Shown piece after piece: positions 9,174 to 18,713 of a DNA stretch of 64,000 nucleotides. The stretch is from assembly GCA_963831315.1 (NCBI GenBank), contig CAWHQB010000036.1:39639-103638 (forward strand), in the 5' to 3' direction. How positions within the stretch are numbered: position 1 is the first letter of the stretch; every line of letters begins with the position of its first letter. A program made the position numbers and the translations under genes. Origin of the DNA: an uncultured Actinomycetota bacterium. GTDB lineage: Bacteria; Actinomycetota; Actinomycetes; Propionibacteriales; Propionibacteriaceae. The notes beneath the pieces were generated by a model. That model was not told the DNA's origin and made no database searches. It was given only the letters and a program-made list of their open reading frames with translations.

Positions 9174-9689
9174 CTACGCCGACTCGACCTCAACCGTCGT
9201 AGGCACTGCGCGCTTAATAGCGTCTGAAACGGGCGAATGGCGGTCTGCCCACTCGACCAGCTCGTGCAGCCGTTGGGGATCGACTCCTTCTGCCACGATA
9301 CGGACACGGACCCGGGAACTGAGCGGCCCAGCCGGTACCGCGTCATCCATGCCGAGGAGGCCGCGGTCGTCTGATTCGCTGTCGACTGTCACCTCAAGGC
9401 TCTGCAGCGGGATGCCGAGCTCCGCGGCGCGCATAGCGATCAGCGTGGCGCCGCAGCTGGCCAGAGCCGCTCGGGCAAGCCACCCCGGCGAGGGAGCAGA
9501 ACTCCCGCCGCCCACACCCGTTGGCATGTCCGTGATCACGACGGCACCCTCGGTGTGTTCGACCCGGCAGCGAAGTCCGTCCTCGATCACCGCGGTTGCA
9601 GGCTGATCCGTGTAACGGGCCTCATCGGGATGTTCCGAGAGGTACTGCCTGGCGTTCTCGATTGACTCTCGGATGTTGTCACTCGCCAT
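9174..9689 (-). CDS. OsmC/Ohr-family protein
   Basis: GGGSSAPSPGWLARAALASCGATLIAMRAAELGI is typical of OsmC. GAGGA RBS before the internal ATG at 9689 (MASDNIRES). Confidence 0.7.
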   Translation of the reverse strand: MASDNIRESIENARQYLSEHPDEARYTDQPATAVIEDGLRCRVEHTEGAVVITDMPTGVGGGSSAPSPGWLARAALASCGATLIAMRAAELGIPLQSLEVTVDSESDDRGLLGMDDAVPAGPLSSRVRVRIVAEGVDPQRLHELVEWADRHSPVSDAIKRAVPTTVEVESA

Positions 9690-9983
9690 AACCTCAATCC
9701 TCTCAGGCCCGGTTCTGATGCCTGCCAACGCCAGACTGTCGTTCGATACAGATTGAGCCGCGGGCGCAACACGCTACACGTCGGCCATCGGCGTCGCTCG
9801 AGATCAGTTCTATCGGATTGGCCCAGCTCATCCACCTCGGTTGGAGGCGTGGGCCTGCTTTCCGTAAGGACTTACGGGCATCTGATCCAGCTGGCCCGCA
9901 CGACGACGGTTATGGGACTGTGACGGTTGACTTCTTGCGCTACCGAGCGGTACGTGGTGAGTGTCTGAAGTGGTGGACACCGA

Positions 9984-10685
9984 GTGATCAAGGGGGCGAG
10001 CGTGACGGAGGTACGAGCGGGCAGCTTCACGCCGAAGGCGACCAAGTTCTTTGCCGGCCTCGAACGCGACAACTCCAAGGACTACTGGACGGCGAACAAG
10101 GCGATCTTCGAGAACGACGTGAAGGAGCCGATGGCTGCACTGGTGGAGTCGCTGCCGGAACGGTTCGGCCCGTTCAAGATCTTTCGGATGAACCGTGACA
10201 TTCGCTTCTCACCTGACAAGTCGCCGTACAAGACCCAGCATGGGGCCGCGCACGAAGCCGATGGCACGGTCTACTACGTACACCTGGACGCAAGCGGACT
10301 CATGGCGGCATGTGGCGCGTACATGATGGCGCCCGATCAGTTGCAACGGTATCGGGAGGCGGTGGCTGCCGAGAGCACCGGTGATGCGCTGCAAGGCATC
10401 CTGGACGACCTCAGCGAGCGTGGTTTCGAGGTCGGACACGGTATGAGCGAGCCGCTCAAGACCGCACCCCGGGGATATCCGAGGGATCATCCCCGCGTCG
10501 ACCTCTTGCGACAGAAAGCGGTAAGCGCGCATCGCCGATTGGAGGGGTCCCAGCTCCGCGACGCCGCCGATGTACGGCGGTTCGTCGTCGACACTTTCGA
10601 CGCCTGCGGGCCGATGAATGATTGGATCAAGATCAACATCGGATCCTCGAGAACGGCTCCTCAGCCGGTCCTGCCGAGTGAGTAA
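9984..10685 (+). CDS. DUF2461 (TIGR02453) family protein
   Basis: FTPKATKFFAGLERDNSKDYWTANKAIFENDVKEP...FRMNRDIRFSPDKSPYKT. The start is uncertain (GTG 9984 or GTG 10002). Confidence 0.75.
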   Translation: MIKGASVTEVRAGSFTPKATKFFAGLERDNSKDYWTANKAIFENDVKEPMAALVESLPERFGPFKIFRMNRDIRFSPDKSPYKTQHGAAHEADGTVYYVHLDASGLMAACGAYMMAPDQLQRYREAVAAESTGDALQGILDDLSERGFEVGHGMSEPLKTAPRGYPRDHPRVDLLRQKAVSAHRRLEGSQLRDAADVRRFVVDTFDACGPMNDWIKINIGSSRTAPQPVLPSE

Positions 10686-11097
10686 GGCTTCGGGCCAGAT
10701 CGGTTACCACACGGGTGAGTTCGCTAAGTGGCGTTGAGCAGAGAGCGACGGTCTGCTCGGCGAGCTGCAACCAGGCGGCTTTGAGTCCGGGCAATACTGC
10801 CTTGCCGTGCTCACTGAGTTCGACGATCACGACCCGTCCATCGGTGGATGACGGCCGGCGGACTACTAGGCCAGCTGCCTCGAGCTTGCGGACGCTGTGA
10901 GTAATCGTCGGCGGCTCGCAGCCGCTGGCGGCGGCTAGTTGCGCTTGGCTACGGGGACCCTCGTCGAGCTCGAGTAACAGCACCTCTTGCCCCGGGTGCA
11001 AGCCGAGTGGGGCCAACAGCACGCCGGCCAGCGCTCGGTGTCGAATCCCGATCGCTCGGAGCGCCTCGTTCAGTGCGTTCGCCTGCTCGAGGTCCAC
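10633..11097 (-). CDS. MarR-family transcriptional regulator
   Basis: Winged-helix region LLLELDEGPRSQAQLAAASGCEPPTITHSVRKLEAAGLVVRRPSSTDGRVVIVELSEHG. Confidence 0.85.
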   Translation of the reverse strand: MDLEQANALNEALRAIGIRHRALAGVLLAPLGLHPGQEVLLLELDEGPRSQAQLAAASGCEPPTITHSVRKLEAAGLVVRRPSSTDGRVVIVELSEHGKAVLPGLKAAWLQLAEQTVALCSTPLSELTRVVTDLARSLTHSAGPAEEPFSRIRC

Positions 11098-11124
11098 TTC
11101 AGATCACCAACTTGCCTAGATTTC

Positions 11125-11153
11125 ATTATGCGCATAATCTTTATGCACATAAT
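11125..11153. promoter_or_regulatory. paired MarR-type operator palindromes in the divergent promoter
   Basis: Perfect 14-bp palindrome ATTATGCGCATAAT (11125-11138) and near-copy TTTATGCACATAAT (11140-11153), in an AT-rich gap between the MarR start (11097) and the gene starting at 11216. Confidence 0.6.
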
Positions 11154-11215
11154 GACCATGATAAACCAGCCTCGCTGCTGGCCCACCCATAGCAAGTCGG
11201 AAGGGAATCCCGTAG

Positions 11216-11668
11216 ATGACCACAACAACGACAAGAAACCGTAGGTCCACCATCGGCCGGATCCGCCAACGCGTCCTGACCGTTGCTGCCGCCGTAGTGG
11301 CAGCCGTCCTCGCCTGGCTCATCGCGGTGCCGATTGTCGGTATTGATCTGGTCGTCCGTCCCGGTGGTGGTGCCGCCCAGCAGGTCGGGCTCGGCAGTGT
11401 GGTGGCTGTGAGCCTGCTCGCGTCCCTGCTCGGTTGGGGCCTTCTGGCCCTGCTGGAACGGCTCGTCTCACGCCGCGCTCTGACGGCTTGGACCGTGGTC
11501 GCTGTGGTCGTTCTCATGCTGTCCCTGAGCGGACCGCTCACTGCAGCCACGAACGCCGCAGTTGCGATAGCGCTGGTCCTCATGCACCTGGTGGTGGGCG
11601 CGGTGCTCATCATGGGTCTGCGGCGCACCACCGTTCGCGGACAGAACTCTGCACGGTCGGAGGTTTGA
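11216..11668 (+). CDS. small 4-TM membrane protein (DUF6069-like)
   Basis: Four hydrophobic helices. Divergent from MarR. Confidence 0.6.
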   Translation: MTTTTTRNRRSTIGRIRQRVLTVAAAVVAAVLAWLIAVPIVGIDLVVRPGGGAAQQVGLGSVVAVSLLASLLGWGLLALLERLVSRRALTAWTVVAVVVLMLSLSGPLTAATNAAVAIALVLMHLVVGAVLIMGLRRTTVRGQNSARSEV

Positions 11669-11671
11669 GGC

Positions 11672-12754
11672 TCAGCCGATGGTGGCACCAAAGGCGAGAC
11701 CCAGCAGATACGTGGCCGCAGCGGCGCCGTAGCCAATGGCAAGCTGACGCAACGCCCGCTTGAGCGGCGACGTACCGGACAGCAGGCCGACGACGGCACC
11801 GGTGCCAAGCAGCGCGATGCCGACCAGCACGGCAGCGATCACTACCGCGGTCCAGCCTGAAGCTCCGAACAGGTACGGCAACACCGGCACCATGGCACCG
11901 GACGCGAAGAAGCAGAAACTGGAGACTGCCGCCTGCCATGCGGAGCCGACCGCCTCATGCGGGTCGACTCCGGCCGCCTCTGGCGCGGCGGCATCCAGGT
12001 GTAGCGTCGCCAGCACTGTGCGGGCGTGCTCCTCCGCCTCCGGTGGCAGCATCCCCCGAGCCCGATAGACCAGCGCGAGCTCGTTGGCGTCGACGTCAAG
12101 ATGCGGCAGCGCCGACTGCGACTCCGGGTCAGGCTGAGTCGACTGGAGCAGCTCGCGCTGCGACCGGACCGACACATATTCCCCGGCGCCCATGGACAGC
12201 GCTCCAGCCAGCAAACCCGCAAGACCGGTGAACAAGATCGTTCGTACGTCGACACCGGTAGCCCCAATTCCCAGTACCAGGGCCAGGTTGCTGACCAGGC
12301 CGTCGTTGGCGCCGAAGACAGCCGCTCGAAACGTTCCGGAGAGCCGTACCCGACCGCGCGCAGCAAGACCGCGCAGCACTTCGCCGTGGATCCGCTCGTC
12401 GGCCGCCATCTGGTCGGTGGCGTCCACGTCGGTCTCGTACGGCGAGCGGCCCTCTGCGCGTTGCATCAAGGCGAGCACGAAAAGTCCGCCGAAGTGTGTG
12501 GCCAGGAAGACGAGCAACCGGGTGCTCAGGCTGCTGCGGCGCAGCGTCCCGACGTCGTCGCCGAGTAGTTCCAACCAGTGCGACTCGTGCCGCTTCTCCG
12601 CGTCGGCCAGCGCCAGCAGGATCTCTCGTTCTTCACCGGCCCGGCGCTCCGCGAGCTGGCGGTAGCCTGCCGCCTCCGAGCGCTCGTCGGCCAGATACTG
12701 CCGCCAGCGTCGGACCTGACCGGGCGTACGGCTCGGGGGAGTGGTCACATCCAC
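11672..12754 (-). CDS. VIT1/CCC1-family iron/manganese transporter with N-terminal ferritin-like domain
   Basis: N-terminal ERSEAAGYRQLAERR...ADAEKRHESHW (rubrerythrin/ferritin-like), then VFGANDGLVSNLALVLG and C-terminal TM helices typical of VIT1. Confidence 0.8.
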   Translation of the reverse strand: MDVTTPPSRTPGQVRRWRQYLADERSEAAGYRQLAERRAGEEREILLALADAEKRHESHWLELLGDDVGTLRRSSLSTRLLVFLATHFGGLFVLALMQRAEGRSPYETDVDATDQMAADERIHGEVLRGLAARGRVRLSGTFRAAVFGANDGLVSNLALVLGIGATGVDVRTILFTGLAGLLAGALSMGAGEYVSVRSQRELLQSTQPDPESQSALPHLDVDANELALVYRARGMLPPEAEEHARTVLATLHLDAAAPEAAGVDPHEAVGSAWQAAVSSFCFFASGAMVPVLPYLFGASGWTAVVIAAVLVGIALLGTGAVVGLLSGTSPLKRALRQLAIGYGAAAATYLLGLAFGATIG

Positions 12755-12811
12755 ATCATGGCAATCGCGCCGCTCTCCGACACGTCAGTCGTCGCGTCAC
12801 GCCCACCTGCA

Positions 12812-12865
12812 CCGACTTGTCAGAATCCAGCAGCGCCATAGCGGCGCTGGATTCTGACAAGTCGG
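12812..12865. repeat. extragenic palindrome, family P1, copy A
   Basis: CCGACTTGTCAGAATCCAG (12812-12830) pairs perfectly (19 bp) with CTGGATTCTGACAAGTCGG (12847-12865). The inner part is GC-rich with a central ATA. Lies between the DUF1269 stop (12879) and the VIT1 start (12754). Confidence 0.8.
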
Positions 12866-12878
12866 TGAAGACGAAGGC

Positions 12879-13469
12879 TTAGCCGGTTGGCTGCTGCGGC
12901 GTACTGCTCGGCTGCTCGGACACGCTGCTGGCAGACTCGGACGCGCTGCTCGCTCCGACGTTCTGGCCTCGCAGCGCATCGATCAGGTCGCGTTCGCTGT
13001 CCATGCTCAGGTTGGTCTGAATCACCTTCGGGTTGTACGGCTTGATGGCGTCGATGACCCGATCCACGGTGGCGTTGCGAGCCAAGAAGAACACGGCCGC
13101 CTTGCCAGGCTCCAACGTCTCCCCGATCTCGCGAATCAGATTGTCGTCAACCCCGATATCGGTCAAGCGTCCGGTGATGGCGCCTGTTCCGGCACCGACA
13201 CCCGCACCGACGGCCGCGCCGGCCAACGGGTTGAGGAACAGCAACCCGATCAAGGTGCCCCACAGTGCACCGGTGACTGCGCCCGACCCGGCCATCATTG
13301 CGGTGAGATTCACCGACTGATGAAGCTTGACCTTGCCGTCCGCGGTGCGTTCCACCCATGCCGCGTCGGCCAGTTCGAGCAGCTGTTGCTTAGCGAGATC
13401 CTGACCCAGGTCGAGCACTTTCTCGGCTGTCTGTGGGCTGTCGAGTCCAAATACCAGTAGCTGTGACAT
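12879..13469 (-). CDS. DUF1269-type membrane protein (soluble N-domain, glycine zipper, soluble C-domain)
   Basis: MSQLLVFGLDSPQTAEKVLD...ADAAWVERTADGKVKLHQSVNLT, glycine zipper GALWGTLIGLLFLNPLAGAAVGAGVGAGTGA, then DIGVDDNLIREIGETLEPGKAAVFFL. Confidence 0.75.
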   Translation of the reverse strand: MSQLLVFGLDSPQTAEKVLDLGQDLAKQQLLELADAAWVERTADGKVKLHQSVNLTAMMAGSGAVTGALWGTLIGLLFLNPLAGAAVGAGVGAGTGAITGRLTDIGVDDNLIREIGETLEPGKAAVFFLARNATVDRVIDAIKPYNPKVIQTNLSMDSERDLIDALRGQNVGASSASESASSVSEQPSSTPQQPTG

Positions 13470-13688
13470 GAAGAGTTCCTCTCTCTAGGTGCCGGTGCCC
13501 TGTGTGCTGTCCGTGGTCGCTCCGGAGCCGGACGACGATTCTTCAGCTTCACACTAGACGTGACCCGACAGCAGGCCGGACGCGCCCGTGGATGCCGATT
13601 GATGCGGATCCGATTGCTGGCGTCTTCGTTGCGCGGCCAGCAGGATGGGTGTGACGGCCGAAGCTGAACGCAAGGACGGACAGGAGGA

Positions 13689-14450
13689 GTGATGATCAAC
13701 TACGAACTCGATGGCAAGGTCGCCGTGGTCACCGGAGCGGCCTCAGGCATAGGCCTCGCATGTGGCCACGCGCTGGCTCGCTCGGGTGCAGCGGTGTGCC
13801 TGTGGGACCTGAACGCGGAGCCGCTGGAGACGGCAGTGGCTGAACTGGAGCAGTACGGCCGCCCAACGCGTACGGCGGTCGTCGACGTGTCCGACTCCGC
13901 TCGGGTCACCGAAGCGATGGAGGCGGTGGCCAGTGATCTTGGTCGGGTCGACATTGTCGTGGCCAACGCCGGAATCGGCGGCGAGCAGAAGCCGACGGCT
14001 GAGTACAGCGACGCCTCCTGGCACAAGGTGATCGGGGTGAACCTCGACGGCGTCTTCTACACCCAGCGCGCGGGCATCCAGGCGATGCGGCGTAACGGCG
14101 GCGGCTCAGTGATCAACATGGCTTCGATCTTGGGCCAGGTCGGCTTCGCTATGTCCAGCGCGTACGTCGCGGCCAAGCACGGCGTTCTGGGCATGACAAA
14201 GGCGGCCGCCTGGGAGCACGCCGCCGACGGCGTACGAGTGAACGCCGTCGGGCCGGGCTTCATCCTGACACCGCTGCTGGAGGCGAACCTTGACCAGCCG
14301 GCGATCGACTTCCTGGCCAGCCAGCACGCTCTGCAGCGGATGGGCCGACCCGAAGAGGTGGCCGAGCTCGTCGCGTGGTTGGCCAGTGATGCCTCCTCGT
14401 TCGTCACCGGCTCCTACTACCCGGTTGATGGAGGGTATTTAGCCCGCTAG
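13689..14450 (+). CDS. SDR-family oxidoreductase (FabG-like)
   Basis: TGAASGIG cofactor motif, NAG, and catalytic YVAAK. Confidence 0.9.
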   Translation: MMINYELDGKVAVVTGAASGIGLACGHALARSGAAVCLWDLNAEPLETAVAELEQYGRPTRTAVVDVSDSARVTEAMEAVASDLGRVDIVVANAGIGGEQKPTAEYSDASWHKVIGVNLDGVFYTQRAGIQAMRRNGGGSVINMASILGQVGFAMSSAYVAAKHGVLGMTKAAAWEHAADGVRVNAVGPGFILTPLLEANLDQPAIDFLASQHALQRMGRPEEVAELVAWLASDASSFVTGSYYPVDGGYLAR

Positions 14451-14475
14451 GGCGTTGCTAGGCAGACCCTCGATC

Positions 14476-14533
14476 CATGATCATCGCGCAGCAATCGCCC
14501 ATGTGAGCGCCCAGGAGTGGGCGGTTAGTGCGC
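14476..14533. repeat. extragenic palindrome, family P3, copy 2
   Basis: TCCATGATCA then GCGCAGCAATCGCCCAT (14486-14502) pairing 13/17 with GTGGGCGGTTAGTGCGC (14517-14533). The right arm is the exact reverse complement of GCGCACTAACCGCCCAC at 6106-6122. Starts 26 nt after the SDR stop. Confidence 0.7.
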
Positions 14534-14635
14534 TCTCAATTGCTGTCGATTGCCTCGCCGTTGTCTACATAGAGCCGCCGTGGACGCCAGCCCGGAGGAC
14601 GGTCTAGGCGCGGCTCGTGCCCTCGTCCACTTGCA

Positions 14636-15265
14636 TTAGCTCTCTGCCGTTCCGGACAGCTGATGGGTCGACAGCGTCTCGTACCGAGCGCGCCGATTCT
14701 CGCCCGCGCCAAGGTGAGACTGGACCAGAGCCACGGCACCGGCGGTCCAACTCGGGCCTCGATAAGTGCGGAAGGTGGACACGTATGGCCGAAGGTCGGT
14801 CGGCATCGCAGCCCTGGCCAGGGTCAGGTGGGCTCTGAATCGACTTTCGTCCGTCGACGCGCCGACTCGCCGACCGGCGGCCGCAGCTGAGCGAGCGAGC
14901 GCCCGCATCGGCGCGATGTCGCCCTCGCATCCAATCCAGAGGGCTCGCCGGCTGAACTGTCCTGACCCGGTGAGTGTGAGCGACAGTGTCAGGTATCTCT
15001 TCGCTGTGTGGGTCAGCCGCGACTTCAGGTCGGCCACTCGGGTGTCCTCGACCTGGCCGTAGAACGCCAAGGTGAGGTGCCACGACTCCGACGCCGTCCA
15101 TCGCAAGACATCGTCGCGATGCGGGGTGACGGCTGCGTCGAGGTGGGCCACGACATCCGGCGGTATCAAGATCGCCGCGAACAGCCTGAGCGATCCGCCG
15201 TGCATCGAGAACCCTTGCGAGGTCGGCGACTCCTCACGCTGGCTGAAACTCATGACGGTGCCCAT
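14636..15265 (-). CDS. thpR: RNA 2',3'-cyclic phosphodiesterase (2H phosphoesterase, ThpR/LigT-like)
   Basis: Two H-x-T-x motifs (SWHLTLAFYG and RAHLTLARA) in duplicated halves. The start is uncertain among several in-frame Met codons. Confidence 0.7.
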   Translation of the reverse strand: MGTVMSFSQREESPTSQGFSMHGGSLRLFAAILIPPDVVAHLDAAVTPHRDDVLRWTASESWHLTLAFYGQVEDTRVADLKSRLTHTAKRYLTLSLTLTGSGQFSRRALWIGCEGDIAPMRALARSAAAAGRRVGASTDESRFRAHLTLARAAMPTDLRPYVSTFRTYRGPSWTAGAVALVQSHLGAGENRRARYETLSTHQLSGTAES

Positions 15266-15342
15266 GATGGCAGCCGGCCAGACTGCATGTTTCTTCGCCC
15301 GGCACCTGCCAGCAACTAGTTGACTGCCGCGCGGCCCCTACC

Positions 15343-16734
15343 ATGTCTGCCGTGACCGACGCTCCACATCGGCTCCTGCTCAGCCACTTCACGACCTGGA
15401 CGCGGGCCAAGAACCGGGAAGTCGACGTGCCACTGCTCGAGAGCCTGCTCGATCTCCGCGCGACGTACGACGATCTCGAGCCGACTTTGTGGCCAGCGGG
15501 ATCGGTGCAGGATCTGCTGCTGAGACTGCTGCCCGCGAAGGGTCCGGCCGAGCCGTTGCCGAGCGACCCCGTCGTCGATGCCCTTGATGCCTATTTCAGG
15601 TTCCTGCGCAACACGGGCCGCATGTCGGCGCGGTCCGCGACACCGGCAGATCTCACCAAGGAAGCTCGTCGCAGCGCGAAGAAGATGGCTGCCGCGGCAC
15701 GGGACCGCACGAACTGGTCACCATCAAAGAGCCTGATCGACTTCGGCGCCAGCATTGGGCTCAGCCTGGATGACCTCTCCTCGGTAGATGAACTGCAAGG
15801 TCGTCTCGACCAGATCAGTGCAGCCTGGAACGGCCTGCCGATTCATGAGCGCCAGAGGCTGGATCCACCGAAGGAAAATCTCAGCGGTCGCAGCCGCGCG
15901 ATGGCGGCTTATCAGACCGACGACGAGGTCGAAGCACTGATCAGAGCATTCAGGTACGAGATGCCTCAAGGTGACCTGCCCTCGCCTGAGGAAGTAGCGC
16001 CGATCATCCGCAAGGCGGGGCTCTTGAACCAGCTCGAGGCACTGACGCGATGGGTCGAGCCGCGCACCGAGGTCACAGCGACCGCAGTACTGAGACCTGC
16101 GGCGGCTCGCAAAGCGTTTGATGATCTTGGTCTGGTTGCCTGGACGCGTGAGCAGCTACGGCGGGACTACGCGGACGCAGAGCTCCAGCCTGAGGAGATG
16201 GAGTTGATCCTCGACACGATGGCGCCGCTGCAGACCTGGCGCAGTGCTCGCGAATGCCCAGCGCTCGACCGGCTGTGGAACGCCGCTCGCGCGTGCCAGG
16301 TGATCAAAATCGAAGGGCGTTGGGCGTACGCCTCGTGGCCGACGAAACTAGACGACGAGGGCACTGTCAACCTGACAATCAATGCCGGCCTGGGTCTGCT
16401 GTACAGCTTCCTAGACGACGATCCGGGCTTCGGGCTTCCTGTGTTGGGCTATGCGCTGCTCCGCAGTTACGTACGCAGGCCCCGCCCGGTCTCCCTTCAG
16501 GAGATTGAGGACTTCACGGTGAGCTGGATCCTGCCGCCCAGCGAGCCAGCTCGGTCAGATGGGCAGTTCTACCGTCGCTGGATCCGCGCAACCATACGGC
16601 GCGCTCTGTACAGCTTTAGCGATCTTGGAATCTTCTCCGAGACGGAGAACGAGATTGCATTGACCGCCTTTGGCGATGCCTTCGTCTCCGCTTGGCTCGG
16701 CGTGGAGCTGGGTGGACCTGACGATGATCGTTAA
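15343..16734 (+). CDS. conserved-looking hypothetical protein (463 aa)
   Basis: Long ORF with genome-typical codon bias. No motif recognised. Confidence 0.6.
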   Translation: MSAVTDAPHRLLLSHFTTWTRAKNREVDVPLLESLLDLRATYDDLEPTLWPAGSVQDLLLRLLPAKGPAEPLPSDPVVDALDAYFRFLRNTGRMSARSATPADLTKEARRSAKKMAAAARDRTNWSPSKSLIDFGASIGLSLDDLSSVDELQGRLDQISAAWNGLPIHERQRLDPPKENLSGRSRAMAAYQTDDEVEALIRAFRYEMPQGDLPSPEEVAPIIRKAGLLNQLEALTRWVEPRTEVTATAVLRPAAARKAFDDLGLVAWTREQLRRDYADAELQPEEMELILDTMAPLQTWRSARECPALDRLWNAARACQVIKIEGRWAYASWPTKLDDEGTVNLTINAGLGLLYSFLDDDPGFGLPVLGYALLRSYVRRPRPVSLQEIEDFTVSWILPPSEPARSDGQFYRRWIRATIRRALYSFSDLGIFSETENEIALTAFGDAFVSAWLGVELGGPDDDR

Positions 16735-17705
16735 GGAACCAGGCTTCGCAACTCGGCCCACAGAGCTGAAAGGCCGACCGAGGCACCGGACTCACGGATG
16801 GCGACGAGCTGGTCCCATAGCGGAAACTCAAGGAGGATGTCCGGCTCAACGGCGATCGAGCGGTCCAGATACTCCTGCGGCGGCGTCTGTGGATCCGGAC
16901 GCAGCAGGTACGGCTCTTCCTCCGCGTACGCGTCCCTGAGGACTGTGGAGGCTTGATCGACGCCGACGACCACCGCGGTGCCGGTGGGTGCGGTGTTGAC
17001 GAGCAGCACGACAAGATCGGGTCGCTTCCGGCGCAAGATCTCGACGACCTTGTATACGTCGCCTGTCCACGGCTCGGTCTTGCGATTGCGAGCCGCTTCG
17101 AGCCCGTTGCGCGGCAGCACGTCGTCGAGCACGACGATGCCGGTGTCCGCCAGGTATGGCTCGATGTTGATGAAGTCGCGGAGCGCGAAATCTGAGAGGT
17201 GCATCCCATCGATGAAGGCAAGATCAACGGGGACGCCCTGGAAGTGCGCCAGCGGGTCGTCGCCGGCGAAGAAGTCGTCGCTGGTGGCCCTGATCAACTG
17301 CACATCACAGTGAATCGGGTTGTCGATCGTGAAGAGGGGGTCCACTCCGATCGAACGGGCACGCGAGAGCGTCAGGCTCCTGCCGGTTCTGATGCCGATC
17401 TCCAGATATGTGCGGGGCCGTGTCTTCTCATGGAGTCCCTGGAGCAGCTCATGGCGGCTCATCGTCGGTTCCGGGTGCGACACGAACGGGTCTGGCGGCT
17501 GCCAGCGCGAGGGCTTGGCCGGTGGTGTGGGCTTGCGCGCAGCCGGTTTTGGTCGCGGCTTCGCTGCCGATTTCTTCGGAGGCTCCACCGCCAGCCGCTT
17601 GGCCAACGCGTTCCGAGCCTGCCGTTCCGCTCGGCGTATCGTGTTCGTGCGCTCGCGACCGATGGCCGACTCAAGCGTCGAGCCCACCCTGCTGCGAATG
17701 CCCAA
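16731..17705 (-). CDS. class I SAM-dependent methyltransferase (Methyltransf_24 / TylF-CmcI-like) with a K/P/A-rich N-terminal tail
   Basis: YLEIGIRTGRSL, FIDGMHLSDFALRDF, VVLDDVLP. The first ~80 aa are basic and low-complexity (KKSAAKPRPKPAARKPTPPAKPSRW). Confidence 0.65.
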   Translation of the reverse strand: MGIRSRVGSTLESAIGRERTNTIRRAERQARNALAKRLAVEPPKKSAAKPRPKPAARKPTPPAKPSRWQPPDPFVSHPEPTMSRHELLQGLHEKTRPRTYLEIGIRTGRSLTLSRARSIGVDPLFTIDNPIHCDVQLIRATSDDFFAGDDPLAHFQGVPVDLAFIDGMHLSDFALRDFINIEPYLADTGIVVLDDVLPRNGLEAARNRKTEPWTGDVYKVVEILRRKRPDLVVLLVNTAPTGTAVVVGVDQASTVLRDAYAEEEPYLLRPDPQTPPQEYLDRSIAVEPDILLEFPLWDQLVAIRESGASVGLSALWAELRSLVP

Positions 17706-17888
17706 TGCTGCTCCTCAACGAGGGAGGTTTAGGTCACCGTAGCAAGGTCGGCCGGAGCGATTGGGGCGCTGAGCCTGTATTGGTTCTCTGCTCGCCCGGC
17801 GCCGACCATCCGTACAGTAGGGTCCACCGAGCACTCACTATGACTGGCAGCCGCTTCGCCGACTGCAGAGTTCGCGGAGGAGGTTCCG

Positions 17889-18188
17889 ATGCTGTTGGTG
17901 CCCAAGCAGTTGCAGCGCGCTGGAATGACGGGGAATGTGCCCTACTACGGTGGCCGATTCTCCCCGGCGCAGGCCTACGGGGCATCCCATCCGTCTGCGC
18001 CGCCGCCGGCCTTTGCGGACCCGATGACGGCAGGCGGAGCTTTCGTGCGGGCGCCTGTGCCGTCGACCGCGCCCGCGTCCACCGCGCAAACCCAACCTGA
18101 TACAGAGATGGCGCTGCAGCATCTGCTGAACACTGGAGTGATCACGCAGGTGGAGTTCCAGGAGCTGCGTGCGCGGGTGATCACGTGA
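17889..18188 (+). CDS. SHOCT-domain protein with P/A-rich N-terminus
   Basis: C-terminal ALQHLLNTGVITQVEFQELRARVI matches the SHOCT motif. GGAGGAGG RBS. Confidence 0.65.
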   Translation: MLLVPKQLQRAGMTGNVPYYGGRFSPAQAYGASHPSAPPPAFADPMTAGGAFVRAPVPSTAPASTAQTQPDTEMALQHLLNTGVITQVEFQELRARVIT

Positions 18189-18661
18189 TCGGTCCGGTGC
18201 AGGTGCTGGTTGTCGGTTTCGACCAGCCGACGTTCTCAGGTGAGGTACTGGCGGAGCTTGCGCGGCTACGGGAGGCCGGGATCGTCCGGCTCATCGACGT
18301 GCTCCTCGTCTCGCGCAGCCAGGACGGCACGCTGCAGACCCTGGAACCACCGGACGGATTCGCTGCTGAGCTTGGCGGGATCGCGGCGGAGGTTCTTGGC
18401 CAGCCGGAGGACGCGGGGACAGAAGTGGCAAGCGTTGCAGTGGACCAAGACGTAACCAAGAGCGAATCAGCCTCCATGTGGTCACTCGCCGATGCAATAC
18501 CCGTTGGTCGTACCGCGGCTGTCGCACTCATCGAGCACCTATGGGCTGCTCCTCTGGGTGCCGCGATTCAGCGGGCGGGAGGCACCCCGCTCGAGGAGAC
18601 CTGGCTGGCGCGGCCGGACGTCGAGTTTCTCGAGACCTTGATCGCACGCCAAGATCGGTAG
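18185..18661 (+). CDS. DUF6325-like protein (soluble relative of the DUF1269 N-domain)
   Basis: GTGA overlap with the SHOCT gene. MIGPVQVLVVGFDQPTFSGEVLAELARLREAGIVRLIDVLLVSRSQDGT resembles the DUF1269 N-terminal module. Confidence 0.55.
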   Translation: MIGPVQVLVVGFDQPTFSGEVLAELARLREAGIVRLIDVLLVSRSQDGTLQTLEPPDGFAAELGGIAAEVLGQPEDAGTEVASVAVDQDVTKSESASMWSLADAIPVGRTAAVALIEHLWAAPLGAAIQRAGGTPLEETWLARPDVEFLETLIARQDR

Positions 18662-18713
18662 CTACACTGCACTGGGCCGGCACCCGGCCGCCCCACGACC
18701 GAAAGAGGATGGG

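Noticed and set aside
12755-12878. A possible metal (yybP-ykoY-type) riboswitch in the leader of the VIT1/CCC1 gene.
   Set aside because: The leader is dominated by the P1 palindrome, and I saw none of the conserved riboswitch core sequences.
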